This document shows positions 19,701 through 27,466 of a stretch of 64,000 nucleotides of DNA, piece by piece. Below the pieces are notes generated by a model. It was given only the letters and a program-made list of their open reading frames with translations. It had not been told where the DNA came from and searched no databases. Source of the stretch: Candidatus Parvarchaeota archaeon (lineage in GTDB: Archaea > Nanobdellota > Nanobdellia > Parvarchaeales > Parvarchaeaceae). Position numbers and translations under genes: made by a program. The stretch is from positions 1,706-65,705 of the forward strand of contig JAMCRO010000019.1 of NCBI GenBank assembly GCA_023380615.1, written 5' to 3'. Position 1 is the stretch's first letter. Each line of letters starts with the position of its first letter.

Positions 19701-20527
19701 ATGCCGTTAAGATAAACTGCTAAATTGGAATTTAAGTCCTCTTCCGTCCCTTGATAGATTCCATAAAGATTTCCGTGGCCCCAATAAGGCTGATTATTTT
19801 CTTGTATACTTGAATCATTAACTGATATCGGGACATACTCTAACCCATCACCACCGTCATTTGAGCTAACATCGGTATTGTTCTCTTCAAGAATTCCTGG
19901 AGTAACTAAAAATTTGCTCTGAATTGTTGAGCCATTTATTATTTCAAGCCCGTTATCAACAAATAAATTTGAGGGAGAGCCACTGACTATACTCCATTTA
20001 CTTGTATTCAAACTAGTTCCTTTAAAGTTATCATAGAAATTGAATACATTAGCACCATCATCATACTCCCCATAAGCTTGGGAAAGCTGCGGATCTTCAC
20101 CAGTTGTCTTATTGTTGAATAGATTAGTATCATTAGGTGCAAATCCTATCGCTATATCATTTAAAGTCGTGTTTGCAGGTATTCCGTTCGGCAATTTGAT
20201 CCAGAATATTGCATATTTAGCAGTGTAACTCTCCAGCCAGCTGTCTATTATCGCTCCACTAGTTGTATTAAAAAACTCCACGTTCTGGAAGGAATACTTC
20301 CCAGTTTGATTTATGTACTTGCTGTTTGTTGAATTTATCGTTAAATTAATCATCTGCTGGAAAGGACTGGTAGTAGATACATTTTGCGAATTAGTTATGT
20401 GAATAAGTGAAAAGTATAATATGGAAGAGGAAAAAGCATGGGAACTGCCAATAAAAATTAAGGATACGCAAAGAATGATGAAAAAAGCAATAATGGAGTA
20501 AATACTCTTTGTTTTTATCTGTACCAT
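13787..20527 (-). CDS. giant (2246 aa) Ser/Thr/Asn-rich surface glycoprotein with N-terminal signal/anchor and C-terminal TM plus basic tail
   Basis: N-terminus MVQIKTKSIYSIIAFFIILCVSLIFIGSSHA. C-terminus ...IIIAVVLIVALIFIMLFYSKRRKIKTRGIQVKKKRKGAVNKKRYRNKH. There are hundreds of N-x-S/T sequons. About 160-aa tandem Ig-like repeats (...KINKAVPS...NSQLTA...GNQNYTAYS) are present. Two copies of a lectin-like module (FQQM...SWLES...YAIFWIKLP...GE.PQLS..YGEYDDG..VFN.Y.NF.G.SL...W...YPPKGIMPS) are shared with the 3888-aa protein. Confidence 0.85.
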   Translation of the reverse strand: MVQIKTKSIYSIIAFFIILCVSLIFIGSSHAFSSSILYFSLIHITNSQNVSTTSPFQQMINLTINSTNSKYINQTGKYSFQNVEFFNTTSGAIIDSWLESYTAKYAIFWIKLPNGIPANTTLNDIAIGFAPNDTNLFNNKTTGEDPQLSQAYGEYDDGANVFNFYDNFKGTSLNTSKWSIVSGSPSNLFVDNGLEIINGSTIQSKFLVTPGILEENNTDVSSNDGGDGLEYVPISVNDSSIQENNQPYWGHGNLYGIYQGTEEDLNSNLAVYLNGIFGLWWLSNGDVYGYHNNVEMGSTTITNIPYSESYVGLYAGVKSGTGTGYAYYTWVLSRAYPPKGIMPSILIGKIQKINYTLNLNQVANSNSTIIYGVESNFTALSRNSSVFVRLFINNIKVTNYSKNSTTYLKYFSAGLYKVTAQYNSTSVQNSTYYEEINKAVPNMQLYSLPSDNYTQNGTYLRFNSSIYSLNNQLTAKFYLNKTNKVNTSTASDYNVSDLPNTYLAVLNTTGNQNYTAYSLSLAREIYTVSLYLNGALNSNSTITYGTESNFTAKLPVGYVRLFINNTKVTNYSKNSTQYIKYLAAGLYKITANTNLSGGENVSFYEKINKAVPSISIESSTGNFTYNGDSLNLTGLISTLNSQLTANDYINGKFFATTNTHKSYLNATAGTYKMIFNTTGNQNYTAYSTAKEVIISKAAPSYSLSGQSFTYDGKTTNISATISTVNNQLSATLYVKGVAFSTFNQDSSIYRNATAGSYSTELTSSGNENYSSFTYIETFTISKAEPSMECSDSPLVFLYNGSYFKLTCNISSFNNQLLGNLYLNNLTINSSKSSVSYKNNKVGSYTFIFKAGNENYSEKEINLSNSILGNLSFSLPLIKYFFPITISNYQSISAPSPFQQMVNINSSNLLWSYINHSGQATSQNLEFVYGNGTVIPSWLESDNTLSLSGYNFSTGSTSASTNLPSADYYLCAGGDGNGALSSHSWTDLTSADNYASLGIQNSSTCSDSSGASDIIVGGIALDQKYISYQATNYSSVTSFSSKFKVPIGSTDTILLGSCGFYSCNSIDLPPGCSELFFKSGGDNYETVFAAECQLNPGNYTLSGSLSGSGYVSLGAFYYKSNDLVYWIKLGSIPAGSSKSIYAAIAPNSTNLFNGNTVGEAPNLSKTYGEYDNGVDVFNNYWNFAGSSLPSGWTYYNAEPTINNGLDFANPDELIETTSTYPVNNILEGYAMYPTGLTANMGFGYIVSTSSNSYTIDTLWLQVGSSSGDAYSGIIDNLGDSNNFMTVKSGSDSEFGSASSGILSVVSTGSEAYGYDGYNLVYSDTNYVAPSGNYYIAIGSGGTSGLKIQWLRTRTYPPNGVMPLVEFGSEINVPKLSINNIIGNISGVYGNKSNITANDNSSNGIRILINNKAITSYHKENTTYFNYISGGLNKITVEENLSNSSNYINVTYYANISKKAISQSLTVYPNGSFYYDGIAPVITDKLNESLINGNIINYSLLNSSVYVTSLLSKNNLVNFSNISGKYASAGDYLFKVISNGNENYTIINTSEIMVNISKAHPILSIYTTPSVNYSNNETSLIFHFKISTINSQLLSNFYINNTLENTSVINGTYNASYQPNIFVAKLNTSGNENYTLFSIQKTMQIKLGKLYLYLNGFESNLTTTYPKSLNVSAYSTPSTLPINLYINNTFTASSNGSLHYLKNLAAGFYKITITTNSSGIANVSFYQKIDKAVPKLVLSPYYTSQIYDGSGIPVNLSISSVNNQLYYQLYINSAISFTDNSNVTYTTNASAGSYNIKLFSPGNQNYSGISISTALKIEKAQPILKLALTPDKSFYYNGTPLYLYGTAYSFNNQLSANLYINNQLKGKGYNINYSSSAPIKYGIVFETLGNDNYSSAFENFNLTIMNVTSRSLLTSKTKLFNQSVLNTVFNVSRLNYKEQVQAFRLFPSYNLSIPLPYNVTPVNELSMPVLSNLNGSVFTIYSTKNSSCFGNALSGVLYSFNDSVTANEGNFGEVTYLFSLHKNALSANNIGIKNISLYRCSETKHNWQEIPTFLVNANSTNANYKAVSPGFSQYVIAEGSSLSSAENSSLTVEYVYENGLPSNYRWNATINNVTLQSISGSPILTLVPYGQFKIRFYNLSSHTSNATYSCNVMYTPNIPSNSSLLGIAGIPVTVNYSVSTACIARQKPAFYTPLIEFKGEIIIAVVLIVALIFIMLFYSKRRKIKTRGIQVKKKRKGAVNKKRYRNKH
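18700..19440. repeat. tandem intragenic DNA repeat (period about 480 nt) inside the 2246-aa gene
   Basis: 18700-18930 and 19210-19440 are highly similar by eye (e.g. ttgaatttttagaatagtttgtaacttttgtattgtttatgaaaag vs ttgaatttttagagtagtttgtaacttttatgttgtttatgaaaag). The encoded segments NSTITYGTESNFTAK...VRLFINNTKVTNYSKNSTQYIKY and NSTIIYGVESNFTAL...VRLFINNIKVTNYSKNSTTYLKY correspond. Confidence 0.7.
20161..20400. repeat. copy of the lectin-like-module DNA repeat shared with the 3888-aa gene (52.4 kb and 54.0 kb copies)
   Basis: ttgcaggtattccgttcggcaatttgatccagaatattgc... ttaaattaatcatctgctggaaaggac is clearly similar to 52430-52620 and 53995-54190. Confidence 0.6.
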
Positions 20528-20610
20528 ATTACTATTAATAATACTCTCACAAATAAGTAAAGAAAATTAACTATTTAACGTTATAATATTCAAACTTCCA
20601 TAATTAATAT

Positions 20611-20618
20611 TTTTATAA
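20611..20618 (+). promoter_or_regulatory. putative archaeal TATA box (TTTTATAA) for the helicase-nuclease gene, leaderless configuration
   Basis: TTTTATAA is centred about 25 nt upstream of the ATG at 20639. No SD is present, which suggests a leaderless transcript. Confidence 0.35.
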
Positions 20619-20638
20619 TAAGCTATACAATTATTAGA

Positions 20639-23359
20639 ATGGACCTAAGTAAAAACATACTGATAAAAGCCAATCCAGGCACAGGAAAAACTACTTCGTT
20701 GGCCGACAGAGTCATAGATCTTATAAAAAATGGTGTGAGTGAAAATGATATACTTTGTTTAACCTTTACCAATAAAGCGGTAGATGAAATGTTTGAAAAA
20801 ATCAGCCAAAAACTAAAGGAAAACAATTTAGAAGTTTCAAGGATAAACAGTATAACAATTTCTACCTTCCACAGTTTCTGCAATTCATATTTTTCAGAGC
20901 AGGGCAAGGAATTCAAACTTGTTAAGAACAATTTTATAAGGTTTTCAATATTCAAGAGTTTTGAAAACAACAATGCCTTCAATTATGACAGGGATTACGT
21001 GATACAGGAATTAGTTCCGAAAGTAGAGAATGCAATAAGGTACATAAAAAGCTTCGGAATAACTCCCGATGAAATAAACGTAAAAATGACCAAAGAAGAA
21101 CTGATAAACAAGTCATTTTTAGAGAACATGAGCAGTGTAACCGTAGAAGAAATCCTGGCTTTCCTTGGCTATTTCGTAACGGCTTTCAAGGATTATGAAA
21201 TGGAAAAAGGAGAAACGAACATTGATTACAATGATCTTTTGAAGAGGTTTTTACTAGAGTATGATCCATTGAAAAAGCATTACAGATATGTTCTTGTTGA
21301 CGAATTACAGGATCTAAACGATGTAGAGGCAGAAATAGCTAGGCTTTTGGGGGATTACCTGTTCCTTGTTGGAGACAGAAAACAGGCTATCTTTGGTTTT
21401 CAAGGGGGCAGCCTAAAAAATTTCATTGAATTCCAGAAACTAAGCAATTTAGAGCAGCTGACAAAAGGCCTTAACTACAGAAGTTACAGCGAAATCCTTG
21501 GCTATTCAAAGCAGTATTTTCTCAGTAAAACGAAGGATAAAAGCTATGAGGATGAGTTAAGTGACTTTAAAAGCAATAAAGGCTCCGGCGGCAGCGTAAA
21601 ACAGCTGATAGGAAACAACACGGATGACATAGCCGTAAAACTTGCCATGGATCTTGTCTCTCAAGGTAAGAATACAGCAATAATAACAAGAACTAATGAA
21701 CAAATAATAAGCATTTCCCGTATTTTGGACTCTAAAAACGTGAAATACGCAACGACCGCAAGCGCTTCTGTCTCAACAAGGGCAAAGAATTCCATAATTG
21801 ATTATTTGAAGGGGATATTCAATGCCGATGAAAAAGACATTCTAAAGGCCCTGTTTACTCCATTTTCTGGCGTTTCTCTAAAGACTGCATTTGAAATCGA
21901 AGAAAAGTACAGGAAAAAGGAAATAGGCATGAATGAGGTAAAGAGACTTGCAAAGCCTTTTTTTGACAGGAAGGCCGCTGCAGAGCTGAATATCTTCAAT
22001 GTAAACAAGCTTTTCAATGAAACTATATTTCCGATATCCGTTGCCTTAGACAATGACTATTACATAAGCGCAGCGGCAATATTTGAAAACATAAACCAGT
22101 ACATGGACGGCAATGAACTACCGAGCCTTTCAGACATGCTTGTGTACCTCTACACTGCAGAAGACAGTTACGAATCAAATGATAAACAGGAAAAGCTGGT
22201 ACTTACAACCGTTCATAAGGCAAAAGGGCTAGAATTCGACAATGTCATATACATTCCAAAAAAACAGAACAATAAAACAAGCTTCATTGATTTGGTAACT
22301 AATTCTATAATCAAACAGACAAAGGAGATAGATGTTAGGGAGGAATTGGCGGAAGAAAGCATAAGGGTGGATTTTGTTGCGTTTACAAGGGCAAAGGAGA
22401 ATCTCTTTGTTGTAACCCCACCTGCACTTTCTGAGGATTACTATATTGAAGGTTTCATTGAAAAAAGCATTGCAGAAATGGAAGACGAACCTGCTCCTTT
22501 CAAGAAAAAATACGCTGAAGCGTATTCTCTTTTTGTTAACAAGGAATATGATGCAGCAAAGGCTTTACTTGAAGAAAATGATAAATGGCTAGTAAATAAG
22601 ATAAACGGCTATTTCAGCCAGCTTAAAAGCATATCATTTTCACTGCTGGATGCAATGTCAGATCCATTAAACTTTATAAAAACAAAGGTTTTGAAAATAA
22701 GCGAAGTGACAGAAAGCACAAAATTTGGTTCGAAAGCACATAAAATAGCGGAGGACTACTTCAAACACACATTAAAAGAAGAGGAATTGGATGAAACCCA
22801 GAAAAAAATCCTGCAGAACATAATAAGCATTATGGAAGAGATAAAAAGGAAATACAATGCAGTAGAAGTAGATGCTGAAAAAACGGTTGAAATGCCACTT
22901 GAAGCCGTATTTTCTGACATAAAAATCGATTTAAGGGTCTCTGCAAAGCTTGATGCCGTGTTCCTTAACAAGGAAAAGAACAAATTCCTGATAATAGACT
23001 TTAAAACGGATAGATCTGATGACCAGGGATCAAAGCACAGAAGACAGCTTGCTCTTTACCGCAGGCTTTTTGCAATAGAAAAGAAGATTAATGAAAAAGA
23101 CATAGATACTGCAATAGCATACATAAACTTAACAGGAAAGATAAACACCGGAAAATTTGAATATGAATTGGACACACAGAAAATAAAGGATATGCAGATA
23201 GATACTGTCAAGAAGCACATTATGCAGCTTTTGGAATACAAAAGTAATCCAGAGAAATTGATCGAGAAGGCAACTGAAAAGTATTATTATTCTGACAGTT
23301 TAAACGATGAAATATTCAAGAAGTTAAAGGAAGAGTACGAACATTCTAAAGCAGTATGA
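20639..23359 (+). CDS. UvrD/Rep-type SF1 DNA helicase fused to a C-terminal PD-(D/E)xK RecB/Cas4-like nuclease domain
   Basis: Walker A ANPGTGKTTSLADRV, motif Ia TFTNKAVDEM, motif II VLVDELQDLN, motif III GDRKQAIFGFQGG, and a motif VI-like TTVHKAKGLEFDNV are present. The C-terminus carries AKLDAV...LIIDFKTD (D...D/ExK) and the QLALYRRLF (QxxxY) signature of RecB-family nucleases. Confidence 0.7.
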   Translation: MDLSKNILIKANPGTGKTTSLADRVIDLIKNGVSENDILCLTFTNKAVDEMFEKISQKLKENNLEVSRINSITISTFHSFCNSYFSEQGKEFKLVKNNFIRFSIFKSFENNNAFNYDRDYVIQELVPKVENAIRYIKSFGITPDEINVKMTKEELINKSFLENMSSVTVEEILAFLGYFVTAFKDYEMEKGETNIDYNDLLKRFLLEYDPLKKHYRYVLVDELQDLNDVEAEIARLLGDYLFLVGDRKQAIFGFQGGSLKNFIEFQKLSNLEQLTKGLNYRSYSEILGYSKQYFLSKTKDKSYEDELSDFKSNKGSGGSVKQLIGNNTDDIAVKLAMDLVSQGKNTAIITRTNEQIISISRILDSKNVKYATTASASVSTRAKNSIIDYLKGIFNADEKDILKALFTPFSGVSLKTAFEIEEKYRKKEIGMNEVKRLAKPFFDRKAAAELNIFNVNKLFNETIFPISVALDNDYYISAAAIFENINQYMDGNELPSLSDMLVYLYTAEDSYESNDKQEKLVLTTVHKAKGLEFDNVIYIPKKQNNKTSFIDLVTNSIIKQTKEIDVREELAEESIRVDFVAFTRAKENLFVVTPPALSEDYYIEGFIEKSIAEMEDEPAPFKKKYAEAYSLFVNKEYDAAKALLEENDKWLVNKINGYFSQLKSISFSLLDAMSDPLNFIKTKVLKISEVTESTKFGSKAHKIAEDYFKHTLKEEELDETQKKILQNIISIMEEIKRKYNAVEVDAEKTVEMPLEAVFSDIKIDLRVSAKLDAVFLNKEKNKFLIIDFKTDRSDDQGSKHRRQLALYRRLFAIEKKINEKDIDTAIAYINLTGKINTGKFEYELDTQKIKDMQIDTVKKHIMQLLEYKSNPEKLIEKATEKYYYSDSLNDEIFKKLKEEYEHSKAV

Positions 23360-23550
23360 TAGGAAGAGAGGATATATTTTATGCCTTCTTTGCAGGGATT
23401 GCTTCGCTTGTAGCTGCATTCATAATAATCTTTCTTGTCGCTCCAAGCCGGTTCGAAAACAATCCGTCCTTGCTTTCCATATCTTTTATAATAGTAATCG
23501 AAGTAGTTGTTTTCTTTTCCTTCTTTTTTGCGATGCGCAGATACAGTTAA
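23356..23550 (+). CDS. small 2-TM membrane protein, start overlapping the helicase stop (ATGA)
   Basis: The product is hydrophobic. The coupling geometry is the only supporting evidence. Confidence 0.25.
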   Translation: MIGREDIFYAFFAGIASLVAAFIIIFLVAPSRFENNPSLLSISFIIVIEVVVFFSFFFAMRRYS

Positions 23551-24035
23551 TCCTTTTCACTGTAATTCATTTTTAATCCGTTGTTTCTTTCACTGTAATC
23601 ATCATTTCCTTTGAGTTTAGATGCGTATTTGTTTATGGAGGTATACAAACTATCTGACACTTTGTCGTATTTATCAAGCAGGTAATCCTTTATCCTTGAA
23701 AGATAGCTTACTTTTCCGGATTCAAAGAACTTGTCCATCCTATATTTCTCTGCTATGTTGTTCCATGCTGCTTTGTTGTATATGCTTAAAAGCTTCTTTT
23801 CTTCATCTGAATTTGCCTCTCCTATCTTTGTGCCAACAAAGTAAATCAACTCTCTCGGGGTATAACCGTCTATCTGTTTGACCATATAACTGGCGTATTT
23901 ATCCAGCTGGTTTTCCTTTATCCTGCTGTTCTTGAGTTTTTCAAATGTGTTGTAAAGTCCGTAATAACCGCTGTTTCCTATGCTTTTTGGTCCTTTTTCA
24001 TTTTTTAAAATATCATTTAGTTTCATATTTTTCAC
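23547..24035 (-). CDS. hypothetical soluble lysine-rich protein
   Basis: The ORF is intact (162 aa). No family was recognised. Confidence 0.4.
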   Translation of the reverse strand: MKNMKLNDILKNEKGPKSIGNSGYYGLYNTFEKLKNSRIKENQLDKYASYMVKQIDGYTPRELIYFVGTKIGEANSDEEKKLLSIYNKAAWNNIAEKYRMDKFFESGKVSYLSRIKDYLLDKYDKVSDSLYTSINKYASKLKGNDDYSERNNGLKMNYSEKD

Positions 24036-24080
24036 CTTTCTTTATTTAGATGATAACTAGTATTTAAAGCTTTGTATCAC

Positions 24081-25550
24081 TTAAGAGTGGCTATTTTTAA
24101 CTTTCTCTGCCATATTCTCATTTCCTCTTGTAAGAGAAAGAACAGCCGCTATTATAAGCATCGCTATAAGAAATACAAATGAAAAGTGCATACCCGTTAC
24201 AAATCCCTTTGTTATTCCGCCTATTAATTTAGATGTCCCTACAAATATTTCAAATGCTAGATACCTGGGAATTGCCAAAGTTGCAGCTACTATTACTATT
24301 ATAAAACTACCCATTATCCCCATGCTTCCAAATAGCCTTAAAACACCGGAGGCTGTGCCGAACCTGCCTGCTTCACTGCTTTTCATTACCGCACTGTTGT
24401 TAGCTGGCCAGAACATGGCGCCTCCAAAACCGGTTATTGCAGAACCGATAAGTACTATATACACGCTGGATGTAGCAGTCAGTGCAAAATAGACTGTTAT
24501 GCCTGCTATCATTATCAAAAGGCCAAGAGTTGCAAGCAGTCTTGCACCGTACTTATCGGAATACCGTCCCATAAATGGAGAAAGCACTCCGCTTAGTACG
24601 TAACCTGGAAGAAGTAGCAAGGAAGCATCAAATGGACTTAACCCCCTAACACCCTGCAAATACATTATAAGCATAAATGCCACACCCATAAATCCAAGGC
24701 CCTGAAACATGGATGCTAAAACAGAATTCTTGAATACTTTGTTCTTGAACATTGAAAACTTTATTACAGGATTTACAAAGATCTTTTCCCTGAAATAAAA
24801 CGGAATCAGAAGTATGAAACCTACTACAAGAATTGAAGTATTTATGTAATTTATTCCAACGGATGCTATCCTTACGCCCGCGTACAATATCATTGAAAGC
24901 GTTATCCCTAAAAGGCCCATTCCTGCCATATCAAGCTTTTCATGCTCTCTTTTATCGTCTTTTATGTATTTGAGAGCAAGAACCAAAAGAACTATCCCTA
25001 TTGGGACATTAATGAAAAAGATGTATCTATACCCTATGAAGGTGGTTATGATTCCTCCGAGGACTATTCCAAGCATTGCACCGACATTCCAGCCCATACC
25101 TGTAAAGCCGTATGCCTTGCCAAGTCTTTCCCTTCTGAATGTATCGGCTATTATTGCCCCGCTGTTTGCAGTCATCATTGCACCGCCTATGGCCTGAAAA
25201 CCCCTGAATATGATTAAAGTAATGTCTGTCGGGGCAATTCCGCACATAAAGGAAAAAACAGTAAATATCGCTATGCCGGAATTAAATACTCTTGACCTCC
25301 CGAAAATATCCCCTATCCTACCAAGCTGGGTGGCTGCGACTGCAGTAACAAGAAGGTATATAAGGATTACCCAGATTATGGTCGAAAGGTTAGAGTGGAG
25401 GGTCTGAGTTATTGCCGGAAAAGCAAGCAGAACTATTGTAGAGTCTATGGAGGCCATCAATACGCTTATTACGAGAACGGAAAGAATCAGGTTCTCGTTT
25501 TTAAAACTGCCATTTATGTCTAAATCTTTGACAGCTCCATTGGATTTCAT
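24081..25550 (-). CDS. MFS transporter, 14-TM drug:H+ antiporter (DHA2)-like
   Basis: 489 aa, about 14 hydrophobic helices, with the MFS motif LGRIGDIFGRSRV after TM2. Confidence 0.8.
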   Translation of the reverse strand: MKSNGAVKDLDINGSFKNENLILSVLVISVLMASIDSTIVLLAFPAITQTLHSNLSTIIWVILIYLLVTAVAATQLGRIGDIFGRSRVFNSGIAIFTVFSFMCGIAPTDITLIIFRGFQAIGGAMMTANSGAIIADTFRRERLGKAYGFTGMGWNVGAMLGIVLGGIITTFIGYRYIFFINVPIGIVLLVLALKYIKDDKREHEKLDMAGMGLLGITLSMILYAGVRIASVGINYINTSILVVGFILLIPFYFREKIFVNPVIKFSMFKNKVFKNSVLASMFQGLGFMGVAFMLIMYLQGVRGLSPFDASLLLLPGYVLSGVLSPFMGRYSDKYGARLLATLGLLIMIAGITVYFALTATSSVYIVLIGSAITGFGGAMFWPANNSAVMKSSEAGRFGTASGVLRLFGSMGIMGSFIIVIVAATLAIPRYLAFEIFVGTSKLIGGITKGFVTGMHFSFVFLIAMLIIAAVLSLTRGNENMAEKVKNSHS

Positions 25551-25602
25551 GTGTTACACCATCTTAATATTGATATATAAACTATTCTATTCGTCATTAA
25601 AT

Positions 25603-26067
25603 TTATTTAAGCAGAGCCTTCAAATTATCTATGGTCTGGTTTACTACATCGGTTACTGCCTGGTTTACTACATCTTCCCCGAAAAGCTTTGCCATCCTGC
25701 CAAGTTCTATCTCAGCTTTCCAGTCTATTTTAGTAGATGAATCCTGTGCGCTTAAATCAATGTAAAGAGCAAGGGAAAACTTCAAGCCGATTGTGGAACC
25801 GTCTCCCTGTATTAGTATATGCTTATTTTCCTGCTTTTCCTTCAATTGTGCTGAAAATTTGATGTTAAGATTAGAAAGATAGCTGGCGCCAAGGAACTTT
25901 GAAGTGTATTTTTTTGCATCTGCCTTGAATGACAGCTGAAAGTTATCCCCGTTCACTTCCGTGGAAACTACATTAGGCAGGCATTTTGCAAATTTGTTTG
26001 CGTCTGAAACTATACCCCAAACCTTCTCAGCATTATAATCTACAGTAAAACTTCCCTTCATTTCCAT
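25603..26067 (-). CDS. SRPBCC-superfamily CoxG-like protein
   Basis: MEMKGSFTVDYNAEKVWGIVSDANKFAKCLPNVVSTEVNGDNFQLSFKADAK... matches the CoxG pattern (MkmsGef.v.a..e.vw..L.Dpe.l..ciPG). The start is placed at the internal ATG that abuts the stop of the upstream gene. Confidence 0.6.
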   Translation of the reverse strand: MEMKGSFTVDYNAEKVWGIVSDANKFAKCLPNVVSTEVNGDNFQLSFKADAKKYTSKFLGASYLSNLNIKFSAQLKEKQENKHILIQGDGSTIGLKFSLALYIDLSAQDSSTKIDWKAEIELGRMAKLFGEDVVNQAVTDVVNQTIDNLKALLK

Positions 26068-26068
26068 A

Positions 26069-27373
26069 TCAGCTAAACAACCCCCTTGAATACAGCAAAT
26101 CCATTGCATTCGAATACATGTCAGAATAGGTTTTACCCGCGGATTCGCTTATAATTTCGGAAAGAAAACCTTTGCTTAACGATAACGACTTTGCCATATC
26201 ATCAATGTTTTCGCTGTTAATCTGCGGCCAGTAAAGCTTTATCTTATCAGTCTTTGATTCGGTTTTGTTACCCATCTTATTTCCGATAAAATCGCCGATT
26301 TCCTTTGCCATTATCCTTGAAGTACTTAATTTCCCTCCGACTATGCTTATTATTCCGTTTACATTGTCTGTAGCAGAATGATCGAATATCTTGAAGTCCC
26401 TGCTTGCCTTCCTGCTGTCATCGTTTTCTCCTGCGGCTATCAACGGCCTTACACCTGCATAGTACCTATAAACGGGATAATTTGCAAGAATTGGCAGCAT
26501 TTCGCTTCCTGCCTTCTGAAGAAAACTTATATCCTCTTTATCGACGTCAAATTTCTCAGGGTCATCAACGATAAATGCAGTGGTTCCTATAATTGAATCG
26601 TTGAAGAAAGGCACGACTATATCGCCATCGGAAGGCTCCCTTAACCTGTTCATTATGTGCTTTGTGAACCTTCTGTTTATTACTGCCATTGTACCTGCTG
26701 AAAGTATCATTTCTATGCTTTTTATTCCCAATTTTTCATCTATAAGTTTTGATGCCCATGCTCCGCTTGCATTTACAACCAAATCTGCTTTCAGTTCACT
26801 GCTTTGTCCGGTAGTGTTATTTTTTATTTTAACGCCCTTTACGTCATTTCCTTCTTTTATAAATTCAGATACCTCTGTGTTCAACAAAACCTTTGCAGAT
26901 TCCCTTTTTGCAGTCAGAAGTAAACTTGTTATGAATCTGAATGAGTTTATCACCTTATCAGGTACTCTGTAGGCTGCTTTCACTGAACTGTTGAGAAAAG
27001 GCTCTTCTTTCAAAACGGATTCTATGCTTAGCGGTTCTATAGGGATATTAGATTGTTTGCATCCATTTTCAAATTTGCTTTGAAAAGAAAGGTCTTCTTC
27101 GTTCAAAGCCACGAATAGGCCGCCAGTATTTTCTATGCAGAACGGAGCTATATCAGAAATAACTTTGTTATCCGCTATGCTTTCCTGCGCTGCCTTAACG
27201 TCATTCATTGCATACCTTGCACCGCTGTGAAGCATTCCATGAAATCTTCCGCTTGTTCCCCCGATGATATTGCCTTTTTCTACCACTGTAACGTCGAAGC
27301 CGCGACTAGCAAGATCATGTGTAATGAAAGAACCTGTTGCGCCTGCACCTATTACTATTACTTTGCTCGTCAT
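26069..27373 (-). CDS. FAD-dependent glycerol-3-phosphate dehydrogenase (GlpA-like)
   Basis: The dinucleotide fold VIVIGAGATGSFITHDLASRGFDVTVVEK and GTSGRFHGMLHSGARY are typical of the GlpA/GlpD family. 434 aa. Confidence 0.65.
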   Translation of the reverse strand: MTSKVIVIGAGATGSFITHDLASRGFDVTVVEKGNIIGGTSGRFHGMLHSGARYAMNDVKAAQESIADNKVISDIAPFCIENTGGLFVALNEEDLSFQSKFENGCKQSNIPIEPLSIESVLKEEPFLNSSVKAAYRVPDKVINSFRFITSLLLTAKRESAKVLLNTEVSEFIKEGNDVKGVKIKNNTTGQSSELKADLVVNASGAWASKLIDEKLGIKSIEMILSAGTMAVINRRFTKHIMNRLREPSDGDIVVPFFNDSIIGTTAFIVDDPEKFDVDKEDISFLQKAGSEMLPILANYPVYRYYAGVRPLIAAGENDDSRKASRDFKIFDHSATDNVNGIISIVGGKLSTSRIMAKEIGDFIGNKMGNKTESKTDKIKLYWPQINSENIDDMAKSLSLSKGFLSEIISESAGKTYSDMYSNAMDLLYSRGLFS

Positions 27374-27466
27374 AATTAATCAATAAACAGTGATAGCTTA
27401 AATATTTGAATCATTTTAAGAAAGACAGGTTATAGTTTAGTAAAAACTTTTTTCTGTAAAGCCCAG

